Shown here: piece after piece, positions 32,245 to 42,226 of the stretch
Layout: each line of letters begins with the position of its first letter
Numbering within the stretch: the stretch's first letter is position 1
Source: Candidatus Zixiibacteriota bacterium
Lineage (GTDB): Bacteria; Zixibacteria; MSB-5A5; UBA10806; 4484-95
DNA: 64,000 nucleotides
Assembly (NCBI GenBank): GCA_037441845.1
Contig: JBBIRK010000001.1
Coordinates: forward strand, 63,836-127,835
Direction: 5' to 3'
Translations under genes and position numbers: made by a program
The notes under the pieces: generated by a model
Seen by the model: only the letters and a program-made list of their open reading frames with translations
Told to the model about the DNA's origin: nothing
Databases searched by the model: none

Positions 32245-34088
32245 TTCAGGCTCCTGTCAAGTCGAGACAATAATTTTTCAGCCGATTCATATATTTCCTG
32301 CATCTGCTTTTTCTCCGGTTTTACGGGTGAATATCTGGCCGAATCGCAGGCGTTCACAAGTTTTTCCAAGTCAGAGACTAAGTCACCGCATTTGCCCGTG
32401 TCAGTAAGCAATTTCAGCATGGCTTGGGTCGTCAATCCGGCGGCGCTGACATTCAACTTATCGGCCACGAAACCGACCACGCCGGTGTAGATACTCGAGA
32501 AAAAGCGTTCTGGATCGTTCAGTGATTCCCGGGCTGATTTAAGAGCTTTCCGAGCGGCCTTTGAGGCATACGAACGTCTGGCGAAAGCTTGATCGTTTTC
32601 CAATCGTTTCTTGCGGGCGGAATAGATAGTTAATCCGGTCAGCCAGGCGATGGGAAATATCTGCATATACCAGAAAGTCGAATTTCCATAAAGCGGTTTG
32701 CTCGGGCGGGATTCGTTAAGCTCCGTAATTATATAGTTAAGCCCCGTCTTCTCGGTACCTATGATATTTCTGGCTATGCTCAAAGGATTTTCCGCGATTG
32801 CTGCCGAGCGGCCAACTTTCACCGCACCGGCCTTTTTATTGAGAGTGATATATTTGCCCTGTTGTGGATCGAAATACGAAAACGAAATATCCGGTAACTC
32901 ATACTCCCCAGGTGCCGTCGGTATAAGCACCCATTCGAAATTCTTGGATCCGGAAATGAGGTAATCGTTTTTCGAAATGTTTTCGCTGCTTCCGGAATCG
33001 TACAGGCGGAAATTCTCGGGTTGTCTCAATTCGAGTTGAGGAAGCTTCTTCATATTGCCCACGCCGGCGATCGAGGCTTTCAGAGTAACCGGCTGATCGA
33101 CGACTACGGAGTCACGATCCTTTGACACGCTCAAAGAATACCTCCCGACTGCACCAGAAAAATCGGCCGGCTTTCCGTTTTCGGGAAGCTGCCGCACTTC
33201 CAACACGAGACTCGAAGTCCGCAAAACCTGTTCGCGCTGGGGGGCTCTTCGCCTTTGACCGAACATGCCGAAGGGATCGTCGAAGAAACTATCGAAAAAA
33301 CCGAAGGCGTCGGCGGGAATGACCAATTCGGCGGGATCGATCACATGGCGCCCGGGCGTCGTCGGGAAAAGAGCACGCCTTATTTCGGTAACTCGATATA
33401 CTTTGCCGTTGATCGTGGTAGTATAAGATTTATTCGGCGGCAAATCCTCGATCCAAAAACCGGAGTAATCGGGCCACTTGAGAGTCGGCTGCTGAAAGAG
33501 ATTCTGCGCTTGATAGAAACGGAATGTCAAAGTTACTTGCTGGCCGACGTAAGGGCGCGAATTGTCGACCGATTGTTCGACGAAAAAATCCTGACCGGCT
33601 CTTGTTCCTGCCGGCTGCTGGGTCTTGGCCTGCGGCTTTTGCGGCGATGGAGGTTGAGCCGTCGATTGCCGGACCTCGATCTTGATTGGCTCCGTGGAGT
33701 AGGTATTGCCTTGATATTGAACCACGGCCGGTTGAATCGTGATTATTCCGATCTTACGCGGAACCAATACGTAGCTGTAAGTTATTTGATTTACGAATGA
33801 CCCGATCCCGATCGAAAAATTGGAACTCGTTCCCGACGAATAAACTTCGAAATCGGACAAGTCCGGTAATATCGGTTTGGGCAAAGATCTGACGGTTCCC
33901 GATAATGAAACGGTCAAATTGATCGATTCACCGAGATCGACCACGGTGCGATCGACCTCGGCGGTTATCTTGATGTCCTGCGCCACCAACGCTGATGTCA
34001 GGGCGAGAACGATCAGTACGCTACCAATCGCGAGACGAACCTGCTTTGACTTTGAACCGGCGCAATTTTTCCTGTATCTGTCTTTCAT
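32241..34088 (-). CDS. batD: BatD family protein
   Basis: AEVDRTVV..GESINL, PYVGQQV, FSGAVG, GVGN, FSYFDP, C-terminal TM plus ARYSP. Start uncertain (68-nt overlap with batC). Confidence 0.88.
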   Translation of the reverse strand: MKDRYRKNCAGSKSKQVRLAIGSVLIVLALTSALVAQDIKITAEVDRTVVDLGESINLTVSLSGTVRSLPKPILPDLSDFEVYSSGTSSNFSIGIGSFVNQITYSYVLVPRKIGIITIQPAVVQYQGNTYSTEPIKIEVRQSTAQPPSPQKPQAKTQQPAGTRAGQDFFVEQSVDNSRPYVGQQVTLTFRFYQAQNLFQQPTLKWPDYSGFWIEDLPPNKSYTTTINGKVYRVTEIRRALFPTTPGRHVIDPAELVIPADAFGFFDSFFDDPFGMFGQRRRAPQREQVLRTSSLVLEVRQLPENGKPADFSGAVGRYSLSVSKDRDSVVVDQPVTLKASIAGVGNMKKLPQLELRQPENFRLYDSGSSENISKNDYLISGSKNFEWVLIPTAPGEYELPDISFSYFDPQQGKYITLNKKAGAVKVGRSAAIAENPLSIARNIIGTEKTGLNYIITELNESRPSKPLYGNSTFWYMQIFPIAWLTGLTIYSARKKRLENDQAFARRSYASKAARKALKSARESLNDPERFFSSIYTGVVGFVADKLNVSAAGLTTQAMLKLLTDTGKCGDLVSDLEKLVNACDSARYSPVKPEKKQMQEIYESAEKLLSRLDRSLN

Positions 34089-34779
34089 CGTCTTTGAACG
34101 CTCCCAATAACTCCTTGGCCTCTTTTTTGCTTAGTTCCTCACCGGAACGCAGAGCCGATTGATCTTTATTTTCAGCTTCGGATTTTCCCTGTTCGCGGTT
34201 TTTATCCGATTGCGACCGTTGATCTCGGTTATCTTCACTGGATTGATTTTCCTGAGGATTATCCGCTTTATCGTTTCCGTTTTGATTTTGTTTCTCTTGG
34301 TTTTGGTCCTGATTTTGACCTTGTTGCTTCTGATCTTGCCGCTGTTGATTTTGTTGCTGTTGCTGCATACGTAACAGCGAAAGTTCGTAGTTGAATCGGG
34401 CGTCATTATCGGCGGGATTTTCGGCCAAAGCCGCCTTGAACGCCTCAGCTGCTTTTGCGAAATCCTGGTTTTTGAACAGCGCATTCCCGAGATTATATTG
34501 CGACCTGCTTTTATTTGCCTGTTCCGCTTTGGCGGCAGCGGCTGCAAAACGGTCGGCGGCCTTGGCGTATTCTCCGGCTTTATATTGCGCTGCCCCGAGA
34601 TTGAAAGAAGCTTTATCGTCATCGGGTCTGACAACCTCCGCCTGTTGGAAATTTTCGGCTGCCTTCCGATAATCGCCGGATTTGTAATTCTTCATCCCCT
34701 CGCTCATGAGTCCTCGAAAATCATCCGCGGCGGCGATACCGATGGAAAAAAGCACTGAAATCATGATTTTACGCAACAT
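34021..34779 (-). CDS. batC: BatC-like TPR protein with a Gln-rich linker
   Basis: FNLGAAQYK, YNLGNALF, DARFNYEL, Q-rich tract, C-terminal DW. Confidence 0.88.
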   Translation of the reverse strand: MLRKIMISVLFSIGIAAADDFRGLMSEGMKNYKSGDYRKAAENFQQAEVVRPDDDKASFNLGAAQYKAGEYAKAADRFAAAAAKAEQANKSRSQYNLGNALFKNQDFAKAAEAFKAALAENPADNDARFNYELSLLRMQQQQQNQQRQDQKQQGQNQDQNQEKQNQNGNDKADNPQENQSSEDNRDQRSQSDKNREQGKSEAENKDQSALRSGEELSKKEAKELLGAFKDDERQIQEKLRRFKVKAGSSRDW

Positions 34780-35770
34780 TTTTTCTTCGCTCCCCGATAA
34801 ACATCGCAGCAACCATCATAAATAAACCGGGAATCAAGAAATACTGGTAAACCTCGTTGTAAATTCGTTTGAATGTTCCCTCGGTTTCGCCTTTTTTGAA
34901 ACCCCTTATCCTATCGGCAAGCTCGTCTATTTCGTGCTCGCCGGGTGTGGCGATATAGGTTGACCCTGATGCGGTTTCGGCGATATCAGCCAAGAGCTGC
35001 TGGTTGAGTTTGGACAAGACAAGTTGTCCGGATGAATCTTTCTTATAGTCGGCTATCGAGCCGTCGGCGTTGCGGATAGGGATCGGTTCACCCTTGGAGG
35101 TCCCGACGCCTATGGTGAATATGCGAAAATCGTCCTTATATTTTCTGGCCGCGCCGACCGCATCACCATCCTGATTTTCGCCGTCGGTAAAAATCACCAG
35201 CACTTTATCGGCATCGTCCGCGGGGAAACAACCGGCGGCTGTTTCGATCGCCTTTTCGATATTGGTCCCCGTATCGGAAATGATCCCCACTTTTATGATG
35301 TTCAAAAACATCTTGACCGCGCTGTGATCGGCAGTCAGCGGACACTGCACGAAAGCTTGACCGGAAAAAGCGATAAGGCCGAAATTCTCGGCGGGCAGCT
35401 TATCCAAAAGCGCCAGAATCTCTCGACGGGCTTTTTCGAGGCGATTAGGATAAAAGTCGGCCGCCAACATCGAAAGCGAAACATCGAGAGCGACCATCAC
35501 ATGGCTACCGCTGGTCTTGATTTTGACCAACTCCGACCCATACTGAGGACGCGCCAAAGCCAGAATTAGCAATCCCAGGCCGAATAAAAACAGCAAATTC
35601 CTCATCATCCGACGAGCTTCCGAACGCCCGGCTCCTACTAAGCCGGCGATCGCGCTGCCCCCGAGCAGTTTCAATTTCCTGCGCACGATTCCACCACCGA
35701 GTAAAAATATAAAGGCGAAAATCGGCAGTGTCAGCAGCAGGTATAGCGCATTTTCGTTGACGAATCTCAA
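34769..35770 (-). CDS. batB: BatB-like VWA protein
   Basis: ALARPQYG, DVSLSM (MIDAS), QCPLTAD, TDGE, IGVGT.KGEPIP. Confidence 0.9.
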   Translation of the reverse strand: MRFVNENALYLLLTLPIFAFIFLLGGGIVRRKLKLLGGSAIAGLVGAGRSEARRMMRNLLFLFGLGLLILALARPQYGSELVKIKTSGSHVMVALDVSLSMLAADFYPNRLEKARREILALLDKLPAENFGLIAFSGQAFVQCPLTADHSAVKMFLNIIKVGIISDTGTNIEKAIETAAGCFPADDADKVLVIFTDGENQDGDAVGAARKYKDDFRIFTIGVGTSKGEPIPIRNADGSIADYKKDSSGQLVLSKLNQQLLADIAETASGSTYIATPGEHEIDELADRIRGFKKGETEGTFKRIYNEVYQYFLIPGLFMMVAAMFIGERRKNVA

Positions 35771-36759
35771 GGAATGCTCCTTGCCACCAGGTTGCCTATT
35801 ATAAACTCGAGCGAAAATACCGCGAGGGAAATTATCAAGAAAATTTCGTAATGTTCTTCATGCTCATAATATTCTTTTATTTCTATCTTGGATTTTTCGA
35901 GCCGGGAAATTTGGTCGTAAATCTGGCCTAACATCTGGGCATCGCGCGCCCGATAAAATCGACCGCCGGTAATATCCGCGATTTTTTGAAGAATTTTTTC
36001 ATCGACATCCGACTGCATCTTGACATATCGTCTTCCGAATATCGGATCATCGACCGGTATATCAACCAATCCCTCTCGACCGGCTCCGATCGTATAAACC
36101 TTGATACCGAGTGCGGAAATCGCTTTGGCCGCGGTCAACGGATCGATTTCGCCGGCGTTATTGGCTCCGTCCGTCAAGAGTATCATCACCTTGCTCTTGG
36201 CATCCGATTCGATCATCCGGTTGGCGGCAGTGGCCAGCGCCAGCCCTATCGCAGTTCCGTCATCGACCATACCGAAATCAACCATATCTAAAAATCGGCG
36301 GAGCAAATTGAGATCCGCTGTCAGCGGACACTGAGTGAACGCTTGTCGAGAAAACACGACAAGTCCGATCCTATCCCCCTGTCTGCCCTCGATGAATTTG
36401 GAAATCACTTCTTTGGCGATCGCCAGCCTATTATACGGCTTGAAATCCTCCGCCCTCATGCTTCCGGAAGTGTCCAGTATCAGCATGATATCTATCCCCT
36501 CGGAAAAAACCTGTTTCTGCCCGAAACTGGTTTGAGGGCGGGCCGCAGCCAAAATCGCAATGCTGATCGCCGCCGCCGACAGCCAAGGCCTTGCTTTCTG
36601 AAATCGACAACGGATTGTCTGTCGCGCGTTCGAAAAAAGCGACAGATCCGAAAAAGCCATCGCCGCAGGACGCAGATATCGCCGGTAAAAGTAAAACACC
36701 AGATAGCCGATCGGGAATATCAATAAAACCAGCCAGTATGGATCGGCGAACTTGATCAT
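35767..36759 (-). CDS. batA: BatA-like VWA protein
   Basis: AAARPQ, DTSGSMRAEDF.P.NRL, GTAIGLAL, LTDGANNAG.IDP. Confidence 0.92.
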   Translation of the reverse strand: MIKFADPYWLVLLIFPIGYLVFYFYRRYLRPAAMAFSDLSLFSNARQTIRCRFQKARPWLSAAAISIAILAAARPQTSFGQKQVFSEGIDIMLILDTSGSMRAEDFKPYNRLAIAKEVISKFIEGRQGDRIGLVVFSRQAFTQCPLTADLNLLRRFLDMVDFGMVDDGTAIGLALATAANRMIESDAKSKVMILLTDGANNAGEIDPLTAAKAISALGIKVYTIGAGREGLVDIPVDDPIFGRRYVKMQSDVDEKILQKIADITGGRFYRARDAQMLGQIYDQISRLEKSKIEIKEYYEHEEHYEIFLIISLAVFSLEFIIGNLVARSIP

Positions 36760-37709
36760 TTCACCACCTCGACTTCCACTGCCACCGGTTTCGTCTCCAT
36801 GATGAACGACTTAACGGCATCGAAATCAGAATTCGCGTGGTTGGCGTCGGGAAGGTATTTCGCGAACTTAACCAGATCCGCCCGCATCAGCACCGATAGC
36901 GCCGCGTCAGCTTGAACCCGTGGCAGGTCATCGTGTCTAAGAGAACGCTTGAGCTCCAACGTGGTCGACTCAATTGCGGCTATGCCGAATCTTCCCTCGA
37001 TATAGTTACGCAATATAAGCGTCAATTCGATATAATACTGTTTGAAATTACCTTTTTCGATCAACCCGGCTGCGGCGAGTGCGTTCAGTCTGCGCAGGGC
37101 GATCTCATAGGGGGACTCAGCGGGGACATCGGGCAAAGGCATGCGAAGCAAACGGCGTTTATAGAGCCAATAGCCGGCGGCAAGCGATCCAACCGCCGCC
37201 AGTATAATTACCGCGATCAACCATCTCCTGCCCGGCAACTCCTGCGGACCGACTATATCTTTTATGTCCAGCCCCGCGGTATCGGCCGGAAGAACGGATT
37301 TCACGAATATGCTTCCCGGTTTTGCGAAAACGGTCATGACCGAATCGACGGAATCATGCCAGACAAATTCCAAATCCGGAAGCTCTTGGGCTCCGGAGAC
37401 AAACGGTGAGCCTACGAATTCGTACTTATCCTCGAGCGATCCGGAAACCTGTTTCGAAGAGAGCAAACGGGCTTCTTTCATTAAAAATCGGCCGTCGGAT
37501 TTCACCTCGGCAGGCTGATGTAATTTGGTTCCGGCGGGATAAATTGCGGTGACCGCGATAACCAATTCCTCTCCGATAAGAAGAGAATCTCTCGACCGGG
37601 TAATTTTGAATTCGACAGGAATATCCCCAGACGGATCTCCGGCGGCCGGAGCTGCGCCGCACAATAAAACGGCAACCAGAACACTTTTAAGGGCAAGCGA
37701 TTTCATCAT
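36756..37709 (-). CDS. bat-operon membrane-anchored hypothetical protein (DUF4381-like)
   Basis: Signal peptide, IKDIVGP, one TM helix, LRNYIEGRF..A.ESTT.E, ADLVKFAK. Confidence 0.85.
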   Translation of the reverse strand: MMKSLALKSVLVAVLLCGAAPAAGDPSGDIPVEFKITRSRDSLLIGEELVIAVTAIYPAGTKLHQPAEVKSDGRFLMKEARLLSSKQVSGSLEDKYEFVGSPFVSGAQELPDLEFVWHDSVDSVMTVFAKPGSIFVKSVLPADTAGLDIKDIVGPQELPGRRWLIAVIILAAVGSLAAGYWLYKRRLLRMPLPDVPAESPYEIALRRLNALAAAGLIEKGNFKQYYIELTLILRNYIEGRFGIAAIESTTLELKRSLRHDDLPRVQADAALSVLMRADLVKFAKYLPDANHANSDFDAVKSFIMETKPVAVEVEVVK

Positions 37710-37719
37710 AGGTAATTTA

Positions 37720-38601
37720 TCAACGACGAAGACGCCTTGCCCTTTTTTCGAAAAGCTTAATAAGCGGTTCGGCATAATCTTCACGAGTATTGATATCCGC
37801 GTAGTCGATATTGTGACCGAGGAAAATCTGCCGCATCTTGGCGATCCTATCGGCGGCGGCTAATGCGAATCTTCTCCGGTTTTCCTTGTCGTAAAGATCG
37901 ATCGTCATTTCGCCGCCGGTTTCCAGGTCGATAAGGTTAATTAGCCCCGAGGACGGCCAAACTCGTTCGATGGGATCGAATACCCTGACGGCGACCATGT
38001 CGTGTTTATTCGAAATTATGCTCAGCTGTTTCTCGAATCCGCTGTCAAAAAAATCGGAAATCAGGAATATCACGCTTCTTTTTTTGATCGCATTCAGTAA
38101 ATAAGCGAGAGCATCGGCGATACCGGTTTTTCGACCGGTCGGCGTGTAATAAAGAACGTCGCGTATAATTCTCAGCACGTGACGGCGGCCCTTACGCGGC
38201 GGAATAAATTTCTCGATTCGATCCGTGAATAACAACAGCCCCACCTTATCGTTGTTTTTGATTGCGGCGAAAGCCAAAAGAGCGGCCAATTCCGCCGAGA
38301 CGTCGCGACGAAACGCGTTTCCGCTGCCGAACAGTCCGGAGGCCGACAAGTCAACCGCGATTACCACGGTCAATTCCCGCTCCTCACGGAATACTTTCAC
38401 GAAAGGACGATCATAACGTGCGGTCACGTTCCAATCGATAGTCCGGATATCGTCTCCCGGTATATAATCCCGCACCTCGGAAAACTCCATTCCTCGACCG
38501 CGAAAACTCGAATGATATTCGCCGGAAAAGATATCATTGACCAGGCGCGAGGTGGTGATTTCTATCCGCCTGATTTTTTTCAAGACTTCGCGCGGCAACA
38601 T
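37720..38601 (-). CDS. DUF58 protein (MoxR-associated VWA-like)
   Basis: GRGMEFSEVRDY.PGDDIRTIDWNVTAR, EEREL, ISDF. Confidence 0.95.
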   Translation of the reverse strand: MLPREVLKKIRRIEITTSRLVNDIFSGEYHSSFRGRGMEFSEVRDYIPGDDIRTIDWNVTARYDRPFVKVFREERELTVVIAVDLSASGLFGSGNAFRRDVSAELAALLAFAAIKNNDKVGLLLFTDRIEKFIPPRKGRRHVLRIIRDVLYYTPTGRKTGIADALAYLLNAIKKRSVIFLISDFFDSGFEKQLSIISNKHDMVAVRVFDPIERVWPSSGLINLIDLETGGEMTIDLYDKENRRRFALAAADRIAKMRQIFLGHNIDYADINTREDYAEPLIKLFEKRARRLRR

Positions 38602-38604
38602 CGC

Positions 38605-39585
38605 TTACGGCACCTCGACCGCGTTGAATATTTTTTGAACTATCGCGTCACTTTCGATCTCTTCCGCTTCGGCTTCATAACTCAATATTATCCGGTGGCG
38701 CAAGACATCGGGGCCGATCGACTTGACATCATCGGGAGTTACATAAGCCCTTCCTTGCAGAAATGCATAAGCCCTGGCCGCCACATTCAAATAAATCGTG
38801 GCTCTGGGCGAAGCGCCATAGGCTATCAGGTCAGCGGCATCGATCTTGTAATCGGCGGGGCGGCGGCTGGCCATGACGATGTCAACTATATAATGCTTGA
38901 CCTTTTCATCGACATAAATCTGCCCGATAATTTCCCGGCAGGCCAAGATATCCTCCGGCGTAACCACGGGAGCCAACGCCTTGATTTCCCGGGCCGCCAT
39001 TCTCTCCTGAATTTTCAATTCCTCTTCGCGGCTCGGATAGCTGATTTTAAGTTTCAACATGAAACGATCGACCTGCGCCTCCGGCAGAGGATAGGTTCCC
39101 TCCTGCTCGATCGGATTTTGGGTCGCCAAAACCAAAAAAGGAGACGGCAGCGGGAAAGTATTATCTCCGATAGTGACCTGCCTTTCCTGCATCGCCTCGA
39201 GAAGTGCGGATTGCACTTTGGCCGGCGCCCGATTGATTTCATCGGCCAGAATAAGGTTCGCGAAAATCGGACCTTTGCGGGTTTCGAACTTTCCATTTTG
39301 ATAAATCATGGTGCCGGTCAAATCGCCCGGCAGAAGATCGGGAGTGAATTGAATTCTCTTGAAACTGGCCTGGATCGTTTGCGCCAGGCTTTTGGCGGCA
39401 AGCGTCTTGGCGAGTCCGGGTACACCCTCGATCAATATATGCCCGTCGGCAAGCAGACCTATAAGCAACCGTTCCACCATATATTTCTGGCCGACTATGA
39501 CCTTGCCGATTTCATCGGTCAGGCGGCCGATAAAGGCGGCTTTTTTTTCGATCGACTCCTGCACCCGTTGTATTTCCAAATTCAT
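38605..39585 (-). CDS. moxR: MoxR family AAA+ ATPase
   Basis: EGVPGLAKT, RIQFTPDLLP, LADEINRAPAKVQSALLEAMQE, TQNPIEQEGTYPLPEAQ.DRF, GASPR. GGAGG RBS. Confidence 0.96.
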   Translation of the reverse strand: MNLEIQRVQESIEKKAAFIGRLTDEIGKVIVGQKYMVERLLIGLLADGHILIEGVPGLAKTLAAKSLAQTIQASFKRIQFTPDLLPGDLTGTMIYQNGKFETRKGPIFANLILADEINRAPAKVQSALLEAMQERQVTIGDNTFPLPSPFLVLATQNPIEQEGTYPLPEAQVDRFMLKLKISYPSREEELKIQERMAAREIKALAPVVTPEDILACREIIGQIYVDEKVKHYIVDIVMASRRPADYKIDAADLIAYGASPRATIYLNVAARAYAFLQGRAYVTPDDVKSIGPDVLRHRIILSYEAEAEEIESDAIVQKIFNAVEVP

Positions 39586-39687
39586 AAGACCTCCAATTTT
39601 GGAAAATATTACACCGTAGACTCGTTTATGTTCCACCCAACGTGGACGAAATTTCGTCGAGTTCCGCCGAGTTCTGCTTTGTTTTTT

Positions 39688-40530
39688 TCATAATCCGTAG
39701 CCTCGACTGCCGAGATAAAGCGCGACCAAACCGAACGGCATTATCATTTTAAGTATTCGTGATAACACCCGAAATTCCACCGAACTACGCGAGCGCAACA
39801 GCATGATGACGACGAATACGAGCGGCAAATCGACCGCCGCAATCACCACGACCAGATATAAGCCCCCGTAAAGACCGATTAAAAACGGAACAGGGGTCAA
39901 AATCAACAAGGTAAGTCCAACGGCGATAGCGAAATTGCGGGAGACATTCAACCCATACTTGACCGCCCCTGTCCTTATTGAAAAGCTGCTGTCGTCCGGA
40001 AAATCCTCCATATCTTTGGTTATCTCGCGCATCAGATGCAGTGCGAATGCGAAAAGCGAAGGGAAAAACGATCCCGATAGATTGCCCACGGCAAGTCCTC
40101 CGAAGGGGAAGGCGCTGGCACAGATCAAAGCGATAAGAATGTTTCCCAAGTATCCGCGCCCTTTGAAAATCGGAGTATAAAGCCAAAGCAGAACAGCGTT
40201 GGCAACAGCAAGCACGCAACAATATCGGCCGACAAAGCAGGCTGATATTACTCCGGCCGAAACGAATATGGCGGCGGCGATTCTTGCGCTCTTGACGGAT
40301 AACCGGGCCGACGCCAGCGGACGATAGCCTTTGGATTTCTTATCGAGCTTAAGGTCATATAAATCATTCGCTATATTTCCGAAGGCGGCGATAAAACCGG
40401 CTGCCAGACCGGCGAGCAGAAGCTTTCCCGAATACAGATTGGGCAAACAGATGACTCCGCCGGCATAAACCGCAATAATGGTTATGATGACGTTAGCCGG
40501 CCGGATCACGGCTATCCAATGCTTAATCAA
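39688..40530 (-). CDS. UbiA prenyltransferase, DGGGP-synthase-like
   Basis: IRPAN, NDLYDLKLD..K.YRPL, YTPIFK, GNILIA, REITKDMED..DD. Confidence 0.85.
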   Translation of the reverse strand: MIKHWIAVIRPANVIITIIAVYAGGVICLPNLYSGKLLLAGLAAGFIAAFGNIANDLYDLKLDKKSKGYRPLASARLSVKSARIAAAIFVSAGVISACFVGRYCCVLAVANAVLLWLYTPIFKGRGYLGNILIALICASAFPFGGLAVGNLSGSFFPSLFAFALHLMREITKDMEDFPDDSSFSIRTGAVKYGLNVSRNFAIAVGLTLLILTPVPFLIGLYGGLYLVVVIAAVDLPLVFVVIMLLRSRSSVEFRVLSRILKMIMPFGLVALYLGSRGYGL

Positions 40531-42226
40531 ACTCCGTCCTTATAGCGAAATGAATTCTGGCTTCGGTCACATTTTCTCCGGCAGGGAAACCGATTTCGAG
40601 GATTGCCATACCCGGTGCAATCCTGGAAGCAATTCCTGCGCCGAAACCGGTCTTAAATAATGTTTCGGATGGGGTATGCGCCAGTATCGATTTCATATTG
40701 ATCCCGGCCAGATCGGCAAAGATATATGCCCGGCCGTCTCGATGGTACAAATAACGATATTCGATCGTGGCCACAGCGTATCTGGAGGCTCGAAATACAT
40801 CCTGGTCGAACCCCCTCAAACTACCGGCGCCGCCCAGAGAAAATTGCCGATCTACGACCGACTTATCGCCGAATATCGCTTTACCGACGATCTGGGCCAT
40901 AACGATGGTGGAATATGTTATGGGCGCGAATTTGCCGGCCATTATCTCTATTTGGCGATAACTATCGCCCGAGGAGTCTATCATTCCGCCATCATGTCGA
41001 TTTTCAAAGAAAAATCGCCAATCCATTTTCATTACTTCCCCCCGACGGGGATTGTCGGAGTAATCGCGATTATCGGCATAAAATCCGAGCAGTAAATCGA
41101 GTTTGTCCTTCGGAGGGATGATGTTTCGGCCGTAGGATTCCGCTGAGATTTGCGCAGCGCCGAAACCTATTCTGTAAGCATATCTCGACACCGTCGTCAG
41201 TTCGAGCGTCAGCCTCAAGCCGGTTTCGATATAGAGGCTATCGTAATCGAACTGGAAGGCATTTATTTGGACGTTTACCGGCCAATTCATCACGGACGGC
41301 TCGAAATATCCTAATTCCTTGTTGCTTGAGTATTCATCTTTCCTGCTCCACTCCATCTTTAACTGACGTCCCCTACCGAATATGTTGGATATCATCGCGT
41401 CTGCTTTTCCGAACAGCTTTTTTGTTTTCGAGGCTATTCCAACCATGCCTTCAATCTGCAAGGCGGGTCGCTCGGTGATCGGCAATTCAATGACTCCGTT
41501 TTGCGGATAACTTGAAAATTTCAGTTTGGGTTGACCTATGGATTTGAGAAAAGCCGCGCCATTAAGTCGCCTGGCGATCGATCTCATGCGTTTATTCGAA
41601 TAGACTATCCCCGGTTGAAACAGGCAATACGTTTCGAGGAAAGCCTGATCGATTAAATGTCGGCCCGGAAAATTTAATCCATGAATCGTCACTTTCGGTC
41701 CTGGATTGACAATCGCCGTCACACGTAAGCGATTTTCCGGTATCTGCTGGAAATCGCCGAAACCGATCTCGGCGTAGGGATAGCCGGCATTGGCAGCGCG
41801 CTCAAGTAATGCCATCGCGAGTTTCTCGATATTTGCCGAGGTGGCGGGCAAGTCGGTATAGTCTTGGCTCAACTCGTCGAAATCGAATAAACGCACGCTG
41901 TCCGATCCTGAAACCGCGATCGTCACCGAAAGCAGATACCTTGGTCCTCGGTTTATTATGAAGCTGAGATCGGCATGCGTCGGGCTGATTCGATAATTTA
42001 CGGCTACCTGGCAATCGAAATATCCCTCGTCTTGGAATACGGAGACGATTTTCAGGGAATCGGAACTAAGGCTGTCAGGTTGAAACGGCTTCCCCTCGGC
42101 ATTGACAAAGTCGATCAGCCGCGGCAGAGGACCGTTCTCCATACTTATGTTTCGAACCGTTTGGCCGTTTGCGGTAATCTCACTCAGGCAGAATAACAGA
42201 AACAATATCGATACGAGCGTTTTCAA
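40523..42226 (-). CDS. Omp85 (BamA/TamA) family protein with POTRA domains
   Basis: POTRA motifs (DEGYFD, AGYPYA), NIFGRG at the barrel start, LGGAGSLRGF, C-terminal IHFAIRTEFD. Confidence 0.88.
   Translation of the reverse strand: MKTLVSILFLLFCLSEITANGQTVRNISMENGPLPRLIDFVNAEGKPFQPDSLSSDSLKIVSVFQDEGYFDCQVAVNYRISPTHADLSFIINRGPRYLLSVTIAVSGSDSVRLFDFDELSQDYTDLPATSANIEKLAMALLERAANAGYPYAEIGFGDFQQIPENRLRVTAIVNPGPKVTIHGLNFPGRHLIDQAFLETYCLFQPGIVYSNKRMRSIARRLNGAAFLKSIGQPKLKFSSYPQNGVIELPITERPALQIEGMVGIASKTKKLFGKADAMISNIFGRGRQLKMEWSRKDEYSSNKELGYFEPSVMNWPVNVQINAFQFDYDSLYIETGLRLTLELTTVSRYAYRIGFGAAQISAESYGRNIIPPKDKLDLLLGFYADNRDYSDNPRRGEVMKMDWRFFFENRHDGGMIDSSGDSYRQIEIMAGKFAPITYSTIVMAQIVGKAIFGDKSVVDRQFSLGGAGSLRGFDQDVFRASRYAVATIEYRYLYHRDGRAYIFADLAGINMKSILAHTPSETLFKTGFGAGIASRIAPGMAILEIGFPAGENVTEARIHFAIRTEFD

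Noticed and set aside
34190-34370. Gln/Asn-rich low-complexity tract
   Set aside because: Normal BatC linker, not a repeat array.
38512-39693. 393-aa plus-strand ORF
   Set aside because: Antisense shadow of moxR.
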